A stretch of 64,000 bases of DNA, from positions 2,720,001-2,784,000 of the forward strand of contig CAXXLX010000001.1 of assembly GCA_963665235.2 (NCBI GenBank), read 5' to 3'. The notes under the pieces were generated by a model. That model was not told the origin of the DNA. It was given only the letters and a program-made list of their open reading frames with translations, and ran no database searches. A program made the position numbers and the translations under genes. Below are positions 20,688-29,333 of this stretch, in pieces. The stretch's first letter is position 1. Every line of letters begins with the position of its first letter. Source of the stretch: Candidatus Poribacteria bacterium (GTDB lineage: Bacteria; Poribacteria; WGA-4E; WGA-3G).

Positions 20688-21462
20688 TTTTTACACCTCC
20701 CATTAACTCATCGACAAATAGTTTCGGTAGGTAGTGTTTGCCATCAGTATAATAATCGAGTTCAATCTCACCGTGGATTTCTCCGGCGACAAATGGAATA
20801 AACCCCTTAATGGAACTCGGCTCTGGATGTGCAAGGTTTATGCGTTCAGACGCTCCCACGCCCCAAGCATAACGATATAATGGAAACGCCTCACACGGCT
20901 CGCCGATGAGTGCGGTCCCAGGTAGTAACGTATCAGGTTTCACTTTCGTGTGTTCAAGAGTGAGTTCAGTGGGGCCGAGAACCCTTTCTACAAAGGCATA
21001 TCCCTCTTTGCCAATTTTGCAACCGAAGTTTTCAACAGTTGCCAATTGGCTTAGGAGTTTTTCGTCTTCCGAAACGACATAACCGATGAGCTTTTCAGCG
21101 AATAGGTATTCCCACGTATGGAGCTGATAGACCTCCTTTGTGGAATGGTAACGAACAATTCGCGAGAAAGCGTTATGGTTGAAGGACCTAATTCCTTGCC
21201 GCTTTGTTGTATGAACACTGTACATCCCTGCTTTTGGATACGCCCCAAGCGGACAAAGCTGGGGGGGCAGAGCATAGTAATCCGGATTTTTAACCGCGGT
21301 GCCGGGGAGATGCCCGGCCTCCAGCAGCTTAAGGCGGCGTAGAAAACCGGACATCGTTGTAGGCGGTAAAAACGAGTACGTACTAATATGTAGGATAGAC
21401 GATGGCAGCCGCCGAAATGTCAATCCTGATGTCGGTTTAATTATCAGTTCCAGCATCCACAT
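20680..21462 (-). CDS. cas5: Cas5-family RAMP protein
   Basis: TYSFLPPTTMSGFL N-terminal motif, G-rich loop FGCKIGKEG, position after cas7. Confidence 0.75.
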   Translation of the reverse strand: MWMLELIIKPTSGLTFRRLPSSILHISTYSFLPPTTMSGFLRRLKLLEAGHLPGTAVKNPDYYALPPQLCPLGAYPKAGMYSVHTTKRQGIRSFNHNAFSRIVRYHSTKEVYQLHTWEYLFAEKLIGYVVSEDEKLLSQLATVENFGCKIGKEGYAFVERVLGPTELTLEHTKVKPDTLLPGTALIGEPCEAFPLYRYAWGVGASERINLAHPEPSSIKGFIPFVAGEIHGEIELDYYTDGKHYLPKLFVDELMGGVKNG

Positions 21463-22420
21463 TATTGAGTACCCCCTCTTCAAACTTAATTAGATACTCC
21501 GATAGTTTAGCGATGGCAGCGTTCCCAATGTACCGGTGGAAATTTCCTTGGGTCAATTCGCTGGCCGGTTCCTGTTCGCTCCCCGCGACAGAAAAGACAG
21601 CTTTTTTAAACTGCTTTTTCGCAGTTTCAACGTCTGTAATAACAGGTGAAACCACTGGCCGTTTGCCGAGTGGGGCAAGGTACCGATCAACAACAATCCA
21701 CGGTTCATCAACATCTTCAATAAGCGGAGCGTCATGAATCTTAACTCCCTTCGGATTACCCGCGCCTAACCTTGCCAATGCCCCCATAAATGCATAAGAG
21801 ACAGTTGAAAATTCACTTTCTGTCATGCTTAAGCAGTGATTGTAGACAGGATAGAGAAGTCCGGGTTGATTGTACTCCCGTTTGAAGGGGGTCGGTGTAG
21901 GGTCCGATTCAGGGGCTTTGTGCAACATTGAAGGATGCATTGCACGCTGCTTTTCTTCAGGGGCCAGCGGTTGAATGGCGACACCACCGCTATGCGTCAA
22001 CCGGCCGATGAGAGTTGTTGCAGGACGTTCTTCGCCGCCCTCTACCTTGGTTTTACTTGTAATGAGACCTCCGAACACGCGACATATCGGACACTCAGCT
22101 TTACTACACGTATGCGGAATGCCGCAATCCAAGGTATCGCCTAGCAGGCCATTACCTTTCGGTGCCCAAATTAATGAGCGCCGCTCTACCCCACGGCGTT
22201 TTGTTGGTGAGAGATAACATTTCTCAAATTCGTTCTTATCACCGTTATTATTGGGTGATGGAATAGTGACCGTTTCAACAATGTTAACGTTCACTTGCGT
22301 TTCGTGCCCAAAAAAGAGCTCTTGTCCACCTTCGAGAATCGCGTAAATGTCGAAGTGAAATCGGGGTTCGTCGGTATAGTCCTCAAGTCCTGTTTTCACA
22401 CGAATTGCTTTAGTTGCCAT
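21437..22420 (-). CDS. cas7: Cas7-family backbone protein (distantly Csc2/Cas7d-like)
   Basis: KRRGVERR, C..C..CPICRVFG zinc motif, RLGAG G-loop. Confidence 0.7.
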   Translation of the reverse strand: MATKAIRVKTGLEDYTDEPRFHFDIYAILEGGQELFFGHETQVNVNIVETVTIPSPNNNGDKNEFEKCYLSPTKRRGVERRSLIWAPKGNGLLGDTLDCGIPHTCSKAECPICRVFGGLITSKTKVEGGEERPATTLIGRLTHSGGVAIQPLAPEEKQRAMHPSMLHKAPESDPTPTPFKREYNQPGLLYPVYNHCLSMTESEFSTVSYAFMGALARLGAGNPKGVKIHDAPLIEDVDEPWIVVDRYLAPLGKRPVVSPVITDVETAKKQFKKAVFSVAGSEQEPASELTQGNFHRYIGNAAIAKLSEYLIKFEEGVLNNVDAGTDN

Positions 22421-22424
22421 TTGA

Positions 22425-22898
22425 TTAGTCTCCTTTTTGATTGAATAGGGATGCGAACTTCGCGTAGAGGTTCAGTTTGAGCTGATAAGACAATTTCCGT
22501 TGCTGTGCCTTATCGTCGTATTTCTCATACAACTTGGCATAGGCGTTTAAAATGTCGTCAAAAAAGATAGTGAGCGACTCTTGCCCTTTGTCGGTGTGCC
22601 CCTCACGGTCGGATAGATCCAACTTAAGAGTATCTGCTAGCAGCCGCTTCGCCTGATCGTAACAAAAGTAGTTATCATTGCTGCGGTACATCGTAGCGCG
22701 TGTGCCGGGAAGACCATCAGAGGCTTCGTAGTTAAAAAAACTTGGGTTTACAACTTTTTCAATGAGTTTTTTGACTTCCCGCTGGACAGTGTCAGGGCTC
22801 TCTTTTTTTCTTAACTCACCGCGAAGGTAGTCACAATAAGCATAAGTTAACCCTGTGAGAGCAGCTACATTACGGGAAAATTCTGCTTGTTTCGACAT
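22425..22898 (-). CDS. cas11: Putative internally translated Cas11 small subunit (157 aa)
   Basis: In-frame ATG (MSKQAEF) preceded by AAAGGAG at 8-nt spacing inside the large-subunit gene. Confidence 0.65.
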   Translation of the reverse strand: MSKQAEFSRNVAALTGLTYAYCDYLRGELRKKESPDTVQREVKKLIEKVVNPSFFNYEASDGLPGTRATMYRSNDNYFCYDQAKRLLADTLKLDLSDREGHTDKGQESLTIFFDDILNAYAKLYEKYDDKAQQRKLSYQLKLNLYAKFASLFNQKGD

Positions 22899-24650
22899 CA
22901 ATTTATCTCCTTTTGAGGATTGTTCAAGTAGGGTACAGTGCTTTTCACGGAGTTCCTCAAGACTCCGTTTTTCACTGTATGATTGGACACGAATTGGCGT
23001 GACTTGAGGAGATTCTGCTGTTACGAGTTTATAGATTGCAGGAATCACCTCATCTTTCTGGATAAGCCGAATCGCTTGGCATAGCGGCATATTGTCTTTG
23101 CCGTTCACGACAAGGCGTGGCTTAAAACTCTCGTGGACATGACTAAGCCAGACTAGATGTCGGGTTGGCAGCCGAATCTCCGATTCCCCCGTGAAGAGTT
23201 TAAAATGCATCTTGTCAAGTGCATTGGTTGGCAGCGTTTGCGCGACGCGCCAAAGAGCATACTGCACTTGCCCAATCTTTTCTGATACGGGTGTTGAACC
23301 TACAAAATCATTGCACTTAATTAGTAAATACTGCCCTGCGATCAGGTTCAATTCCCCAAGGGTTAGCATTTGGAGGTATTTCTCAGGTGAAATCAATTCG
23401 TCTTTTTCGGACAGGTAAGACAAACGAACAATAATCGTGCCACCTGTTAGTTTAATCGGACAACCGAAAGCAACTGAAAGGCAATCGAGACAAATAGAAG
23501 GCTGTGCTTGTCCACTTCCCGATTGTAACCTTTGAGAAGGATCAGAGAAAACAAATCGATTTGCTTCTGGTTTGCCTTTAAATCTACGGATTTCACTTCT
23601 GGGAGGCAAAAATCCACCACAAGCGTAGCACCGGTTTTTGGCAGCATCACCTGCACTGTGCATAGAGGCTTGTGCTATCTCGTCAACCGAAGTCAGAGGA
23701 CAATCCAAGGGCTTGATCTCTTCCCTGAGGATCTCAATGATCTTGTCTTCGATTTTCCCTTTCTTTGCGCGAGGTTTCACTGTTCCGTAAGAGAACTGGG
23801 TTGCACCTTTACGGTTGAATCGGCGGGAAAGCTTTAGGGCTTTATCAAAGAGCCTCATGGTTTCATCAGGACTGCCACCGTTCCGCAACTCATTGTGCAA
23901 TTCGATTAAGAGTTGCTTAAATTCTGCCCGATTTTCTGTTCGTGCAGTCTTTCGCTCCTCGTCAGTTTTGGCTTTCCTATAGTTATCGGGGTAGCGGACA
24001 ACTCTTTCCTCAAGCGTTGCGATGTAAAACGCTGCCTGCCAAAGTTTCATAGATTCCGTTACCGATGGAAAATGGACATAACCAAAACCTCTGTCTGTCA
24101 ACTTCATACTATTCACAAACAGTGTAAAGGATTTATATAACTCGTTTTCCGAATAAGCAAATTCGACGAACTGTTGCCATTCATCCGCAAGTTGAAAATC
24201 TGTCTCTGGAATAAACAGCGTAACCGTCAGATCATTTTCAGAAAGGCGAATGGCACACTTCTCTCGCTGTAGGAATTCGATAAACCGTTTAATCAGAGTA
24301 TCGTAAGCGAGACGCATTTGTATCTCTTGTGGAAGCACAGCTCGATAATAGTTGTATACTTTACCAATCTGCTCATCCCCGAGGAGAATAACCCCGCCCT
24401 CACCGACAGAAAGGTTATCAATCGGCTTCGGAGGCAGGTTCATTTCTAAGGGTTGATTTCTCAACTGTTCGGCATTTCGGATAACGCGTAAGGCATTCAT
24501 ATCGTCCCACCAATTTTTAAGTTGATCGTACTCCCCCTCACGGTGCATCCGATGAACGAATGTCTCAAGGGCTGCTGTAGCCTCACTCAAGTTTATCGAC
24601 GCAAAGTAAGCGGCTAAGATTTTGTCTTTTTGTTGGTTGTCTATGACCAT
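22425..24650 (-). CDS. Type I large subunit (Cas8/Cas10d-like, lacking HD)
   Basis: 741 aa first gene of the effector operon; CYACG...CLDC zinc finger; helical C-terminus. Confidence 0.65.
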   Translation of the reverse strand: MVIDNQQKDKILAAYFASINLSEATAALETFVHRMHREGEYDQLKNWWDDMNALRVIRNAEQLRNQPLEMNLPPKPIDNLSVGEGGVILLGDEQIGKVYNYYRAVLPQEIQMRLAYDTLIKRFIEFLQREKCAIRLSENDLTVTLFIPETDFQLADEWQQFVEFAYSENELYKSFTLFVNSMKLTDRGFGYVHFPSVTESMKLWQAAFYIATLEERVVRYPDNYRKAKTDEERKTARTENRAEFKQLLIELHNELRNGGSPDETMRLFDKALKLSRRFNRKGATQFSYGTVKPRAKKGKIEDKIIEILREEIKPLDCPLTSVDEIAQASMHSAGDAAKNRCYACGGFLPPRSEIRRFKGKPEANRFVFSDPSQRLQSGSGQAQPSICLDCLSVAFGCPIKLTGGTIIVRLSYLSEKDELISPEKYLQMLTLGELNLIAGQYLLIKCNDFVGSTPVSEKIGQVQYALWRVAQTLPTNALDKMHFKLFTGESEIRLPTRHLVWLSHVHESFKPRLVVNGKDNMPLCQAIRLIQKDEVIPAIYKLVTAESPQVTPIRVQSYSEKRSLEELREKHCTLLEQSSKGDKLMSKQAEFSRNVAALTGLTYAYCDYLRGELRKKESPDTVQREVKKLIEKVVNPSFFNYEASDGLPGTRATMYRSNDNYFCYDQAKRLLADTLKLDLSDREGHTDKGQESLTIFFDDILNAYAKLYEKYDDKAQQRKLSYQLKLNLYAKFASLFNQKGD

Positions 24651-24671
24651 CTTGAATCCCCCTTTTTATTA

Positions 24672-24709
24672 AGTATAACACACGATCAGTCGCACAAACC
24701 TGCGCCTGA
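24672..24709 (-). promoter_or_regulatory. cas operon promoter with a palindromic operator over the -35 position
   Basis: TGt-TATACT extended -10; TCAGTCGCA-N6-TGCGCCTGA dyad centred on a non-consensus -35. Confidence 0.55.
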
Positions 24710-24855
24710 TGAAAAAAATCTTGAAAAAATTTCGCTTATTCCCATTTTTACGAAAATATTTTGAGAAAAGCGGATAACGGATTAACTCTATCAAACCGGT
24801 GCTGTCCTTGGATTTACGGGTGTGACGGGCGATGAATCGCCCTACTACGAACAGA

Positions 24856-25827
24856 TTAACTGCCTGTATACAACTTCACCATCCCGCGTGCTGTCTTTGC
24901 AACCCACTCCCGCAATTCCTTCGGTTGTAGGACTTTTGCCTCATTGCCCCAACTTAAGACCCACCAACCGATTTCGTGCCAACCCGCGACCGTTACCTCA
25001 AAACGCAATGCACCTTTGTCTGTTTCTTCCATCTGCTGCGTTGCATGCCAATTCACCTCTCGAATCAGCGGGGCGAGACGGTTTGCGAACAGAATAACAA
25101 CATGCGTATCCGGTCCAAGCCTGATATCCCAACTTTTCTCAAGATATTTCTGCACAGAGAAATCCGCAGGAATCGTATACTCCGACTGTCCAATCGTAAG
25201 AGAGTCAATGCGGTTGATACGAAATGTTAGCACCTGATTAAACTTTTCTGAAAGACCGATGACATACCACGCGCGTTTACGAAATAGCACCGCGTAAGGT
25301 GAAAGTCGATGGCGCGTTCTCTTTCCGCTACTGAAGGAATTATATTCCATAATAACCCGCCGCCGTTCACGAATTGCTTGATATAACAACTCCTTATGCG
25401 CTTCCGTTTCATCAGTAGAACTCACCTGTTGATTCGGAATCTCAATCTGTGGCGCAAGTTGATTTAAGGTATCGCTTGTTTGCTTCGGTAAAGTGGAAGT
25501 GATTTTATGAATTGCACTTTCCAACGCTTCAACCGCTTGTTTACCTTCCGCTGCCCGGTAAAAGTTTGCTGCTGTAAATAGGGCAAGTGCTTCCTCAAAG
25601 GTAAGGTTGAGGGGAGGCAGAAAAAAGTCAGAGATCATTTCATAACCCTGCTTGCCACGTGGCACAATCTGGATTCCCATTTCACACAATAGGTTAATAT
25701 CCCGTTGGATAGTTGCCTTGTTAACTCCAAGGTGTTCTGCCAACCGAGGCCGTGTCCACTGACATGGTTCACGGTGAATAAGGTTTGCAACTTCAATGAT
25801 GCGTGCCATCTGATATGTTCTATGCAT
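24856..25827 (-). CDS. HTH-WYL-WCX transcriptional regulator
   Basis: LAEHLGVNKATIQRDI HTH; RAWYVIG...TFRINRI WYL; VLSWG..AKVLQPKELR WCX. Confidence 0.93.
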   Translation of the reverse strand: MHRTYQMARIIEVANLIHREPCQWTRPRLAEHLGVNKATIQRDINLLCEMGIQIVPRGKQGYEMISDFFLPPLNLTFEEALALFTAANFYRAAEGKQAVEALESAIHKITSTLPKQTSDTLNQLAPQIEIPNQQVSSTDETEAHKELLYQAIRERRRVIMEYNSFSSGKRTRHRLSPYAVLFRKRAWYVIGLSEKFNQVLTFRINRIDSLTIGQSEYTIPADFSVQKYLEKSWDIRLGPDTHVVILFANRLAPLIREVNWHATQQMEETDKGALRFEVTVAGWHEIGWWVLSWGNEAKVLQPKELREWVAKTARGMVKLYTGS

Positions 25828-25928
25828 AATATCCTCTCAGCAATTTAGACAATTTCCAAAGTCTTCAAACGAAAATGCTATATGAAATCCAAGTTTCGGG
25901 CAAAAGTTAAAAAAACAGTAAAATTTTC

Positions 25929-25957
25929 TTGACATTTTACGGAAAATAGGATATAAT
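25929..25957 (+). promoter_or_regulatory. Perfect-consensus promoter with no downstream ORF
   Basis: TTGACA-N17-TATAAT. Confidence 0.75.
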
Positions 25958-25963
25958 ATTATC

Positions 25964-26214
25964 AAACATTTTACTTGCAGAAGTAAAATCACAGCCGAAA
26001 ACTATTGCGTATGCTGAGGTGCCTGCTGACCGGTCGGCAGGATAGGTTGTCCATCTCTAACCAAGGTGGTTTTCTGTCGGTAACGATCCACAGTTTAAAA
26101 CCCTAGATGAGAATCAGAAGTAAAATAGCAGCCGAAAACTGTTGCGTATGCTGAGGTGCCTACCGACCGGTCGGTAGGATAGGTTGCCCATCTTTCACCG
26201 AGATGGTTTTCTGT
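25964..26214 (+). ncRNA. Putative structured ncRNA with two ~100-nt tandem units (DUF3800-associated)
   Basis: Units at 25978-26077 and 26115-26214; covarying hairpins; G-U pairs favour the + strand. Confidence 0.6.
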
Positions 26215-26286
26215 AGCATATAGCGTAACTGATAAGTGGGAACACTTCCCAGCTTGTCCGGGCGAGGTTATCATGCCTCGCCCCAC

Positions 26287-26943
26287 TTACATATACACCG
26301 CAGGATGGGGCCCTGAACTAGAATTTGTCCACCCAACAAGAATACCTTGTTTCACAGCAAGCGAGAAAATTTCTTTAAGTTCACTGTTCTTGGACTCGGG
26401 TTTTAACAAATGTCTTGTAGCACCAGCTACCGCATCTGCTAACCGTATGAGCGGTTCGTTTTCATCCTTTCTACCTCGCACTTTTTCGACACGACATTCA
26501 AGCCTCCGTAACCGAGCTTTGTACTCCCTATATTGCGTTTTGGGCAGACCGTCGACATAAACGTGGATAGAAGTATCAGAAGTGGGCAAACTAGCAATTG
26601 CTAGATCAATGCTTCGAACAGTTGCATCAACGTAATTTTTAGTTTCTCGAAAAACGTAGGAAAATAGAATGATATCCCGAAAACGGACATCTGAAATCAC
26701 GGTACGTAGATAAACTAACCGTCCATTTTTATTGGCTTTCCTCCACTTAGCCTTGTGCTTACCCGAAGTTCTCTCTAGGGATTCACAGAGCTGGTTAAAC
26801 TTATCACTGTCTTCTACTGCTACTCCAGCGACGATAAACGGTTCACCACCAATGTGTTGTCCAGACTCATCAAAGTATAGGTCAAATCGCCTCTGGTTTA
26901 CAGCAGTTGATGCACGATCGCTCTGTCCTTCTCTTTTTTTCAT
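26287..26943 (-). CDS. DUF3800-family RNase H-like protein
   Basis: LYFDESG, VYVDG, LIRLADAVAG acidic motifs. Confidence 0.8.
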   Translation of the reverse strand: MKKREGQSDRASTAVNQRRFDLYFDESGQHIGGEPFIVAGVAVEDSDKFNQLCESLERTSGKHKAKWRKANKNGRLVYLRTVISDVRFRDIILFSYVFRETKNYVDATVRSIDLAIASLPTSDTSIHVYVDGLPKTQYREYKARLRRLECRVEKVRGRKDENEPLIRLADAVAGATRHLLKPESKNSELKEIFSLAVKQGILVGWTNSSSGPHPAVYM

Positions 26944-26986
26944 TTTTCATCCTGTGTGTCATACTAATAATATTAATAACACTATA

Positions 26987-27015
26987 ATTTTAACATGTTT
27001 CCGGGGCTATTTCAA
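26987..27015 (-). promoter_or_regulatory. Promoter of the DUF3800 gene
   Basis: TTGAAA-N17-TAAAAT with TG extension. Confidence 0.6.
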
Positions 27016-27016
27016 A

Positions 27017-27127
27017 TTTTTTTATCTCGGACTCGAGAAACTTCTTGTCAACTTATTGAAATGTTAGAATGTGTCATACAAAAATCCTAATTTTTCAATC
27101 TCGTAATCGAGATCCTTCTTTGCTGAC
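27017..27127 (-). CRISPR. Degenerate one-spacer mini-CRISPR (crRNA-like RNA gene)
   Basis: R1 GTCAGCAAAGAAGGATCTCGATTACGAGATTGAAAA, 39-nt spacer, R2 GTTGACAAGAAGTTTCTCGAGTCCGAGATAAAAAAA; both keep the CTCG-N4-CGAG hairpin of the main repeat. Confidence 0.75.
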
Positions 27128-27145
27128 TTTTCGCTAAACATTAAC

Positions 27146-27174
27146 ATGATACCATATATAATTGTCAATGTCAA
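27146..27174 (-). promoter_or_regulatory. Promoter of the mini-CRISPR
   Basis: TTGACA-N17-TATCAT with TG extension, about 20 nt upstream of R1. Confidence 0.7.
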
Positions 27175-27495
27175 GAAAAAATCTGAAAAAACGCAAATTA
27201 CACAGAAAAAAGCGGCCGAGTCATTCTATAGACCTGCTATTATTCGCGTTAATCCGCGCCTCGGCCAAAATACGCATAGTCCTCTTCCATTCTTCCCTCC
27301 ATCCCCCCTCCATCCTTCCAATCTTGCCAAAAAATTTAAATATCCTTGACAAATTTTCGGTTTTATGTAAAAATATACGTAAGTTAAAGCGGACATCTCA
27401 CATGAGCTCCGAACGCCTAGACCTGTTCAAATTCTATAGGTTCGGAAGAAAATTACACACACATTTCACAATAAAAACAAATTGAGGAGGCTCAC

Positions 27496-28149
27496 ATGCA
27501 AACCGATTCAGACCACATTGAAAAAGAAATTCCACTTTTTCCGCTGAACGTTGTCCTATTCCCCGGAGGATTATTACCGCTGCACGTTTTTGAAGAACGG
27601 TATCGCGCCCTGATGAAGTTTTGTATCAGACATGAGTCCCCCTTCGGTATTGTGATGATTAAAGAGGGAGAAGACGACGAAGAGGCCGCTATACCGAGTA
27701 AGATTGGAACAGCAGCCGAGCTGCTTGAGGTTGACCGATTCCCCGATGGACGGATGAATATCATGACCTCCGGGCAGTACCGATTCGAAATTCTCGAAGA
27801 AATTAGCGAAGAGGAACCGTATCTCGTGGCGCGTGTGCGTGTCCTCGATGGAATAGACGCAGAACCCAATCCGGCACTTGAACCTATTGCGAAAGAAACG
27901 CATGCACTCTACAAAGAGTACGAAACGTTATCAAGTGACCTAATGTTCAGATGGCAAGCCCCCGAAGAAAGACCGCTACATCCACAACAATTAGCCTATC
28001 AAATCGGAACACGGCTACGTATACCGCTCGCAGCGAAACAGACACTTTTGGAGACGGTGTCCTTTGAGGAGCTGCTCATCCGAGAAAAGGAAATTCTGAA
28101 ACTTCAGAATAAACGCATTGGCATTCAGTTGGCAGCGCGAAATAATTGA
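27496..28149 (+). CDS. LON peptidase substrate-binding domain protein
   Basis: IPLFPLNVVLFPGGLLPLHVFEERY. Confidence 0.9.
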   Translation: MQTDSDHIEKEIPLFPLNVVLFPGGLLPLHVFEERYRALMKFCIRHESPFGIVMIKEGEDDEEAAIPSKIGTAAELLEVDRFPDGRMNIMTSGQYRFEILEEISEEEPYLVARVRVLDGIDAEPNPALEPIAKETHALYKEYETLSSDLMFRWQAPEERPLHPQQLAYQIGTRLRIPLAAKQTLLETVSFEELLIREKEILKLQNKRIGIQLAARNN

Positions 28150-28170
28150 CACCGGCAAATCGAACGGTAA

Positions 28171-28800
28171 ATGGCATTCAAAATTCCTATTCCCCAATTT
28201 ACAGAAACTCGCGCAATCCGGATTTCACGCCGCGATTTTCTCTATATCAGCAATTTGCTTTCCGCGTTTAGACTGCTGACCGTGCCTTTTCTCTTCTGGT
28301 GGATTTATCAGGAGGATTACAGGCTCGCTGTTATTGTCGGGGCATTCGCTATCGTTTCCGATCTGCTAGATGGGTTTTTCGCACGAACGTTGGATCAGCA
28401 TTCCGAACTCGGTTATATTCTTGACCCAGTTGCAGATAAACTTGCTATCGGCGCAGGCATTTTTGCCCTCGTTTTATCAAAATCTACATTCCCCATGTGG
28501 GCGTTCATCATTGTGGTAGCACGAGATACCGCAATCGTACTTGGAAACGTTGTGTTAGCATATAAGGCGAAAATGATCACCCGTTCTAATTGGTGGGGAA
28601 AGTGTACCAGTTTCGCTTTATCAATCGCCGTCATACTCTACCTCATGCGTCCGATGCGACCCGAACTATTTCCGGAGCAAATTGAGTTGTATATGCTCCA
28701 TATCGCACTCGTGTTTGTCGGCATCTCAACGGTGAGTTATACACGAAACATGTTCCGCGTGTTACAAACCCATTCAAACGGTAAAACGAAAGCCGACTGA
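28171..28800 (+). CDS. CDP-alcohol phosphatidyltransferase
   Basis: SDLLDGFFAR...G..LDPVADK. Confidence 0.9.
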   Translation: MAFKIPIPQFTETRAIRISRRDFLYISNLLSAFRLLTVPFLFWWIYQEDYRLAVIVGAFAIVSDLLDGFFARTLDQHSELGYILDPVADKLAIGAGIFALVLSKSTFPMWAFIIVVARDTAIVLGNVVLAYKAKMITRSNWWGKCTSFALSIAVILYLMRPMRPELFPEQIELYMLHIALVFVGISTVSYTRNMFRVLQTHSNGKTKAD

Positions 28801-28858
28801 TTCGTCACTAAGATTTAAACCGGGCTCAGATAAAAAAGCATTAGGAAATTTATTCATT

Positions 28859-29317
28859 ATGGACCTCTATATGAATCCTTCAGATATCGCCGAGGTGATA
28901 GGTGTTGAGGCGGAAATTATCGAACGAACATTAGCGAAAAAAGCCCCGGCGATTGAACCTTTCCTACAGGTAGTCTCCGCGCCACCCGAAAAAGCAGGAG
29001 GTGCCCCGAAGGCGGTCTTGCAATTGCGAATTGATGGCCTGGCACCGCTCATTACGCAGCTTGCTTACAATATCCCAACGGCGGATATTATTGATAACCT
29101 CTGTTGCCAAATTGTTCACATCGCGCACCTAAACGAAACTTGTGAGAATTTGGAAAACGATATCAAGAAGCACACCGAAAAAAATACACAACTTCGCGAA
29201 ACAATTGACTCCCTTCACGCCGAAAAAGCGGAGCTGCTCACACAAATTGCCAATTTAACGGAAGAATTAAAGCAGGAGAAAGCGAAAACCTGGGTGTCTC
29301 ATCTGTTTAAACGGTGA
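28859..29317 (+). CDS. Hypothetical coiled-coil protein
   Basis: Co-oriented ORF with a heptad-rich C-terminus. Confidence 0.6.
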   Translation: MDLYMNPSDIAEVIGVEAEIIERTLAKKAPAIEPFLQVVSAPPEKAGGAPKAVLQLRIDGLAPLITQLAYNIPTADIIDNLCCQIVHIAHLNETCENLENDIKKHTEKNTQLRETIDSLHAEKAELLTQIANLTEELKQEKAKTWVSHLFKR

Positions 29318-29333
29318 GGTTGAAGCTATCATT

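Noticed and set aside
25945-25975. Weak similarity of the mini-CRISPR spacer to the ncRNA promoter (aataggat...)
   Set aside because: Short AT-rich match needing gaps and lacking a GTN PAM.
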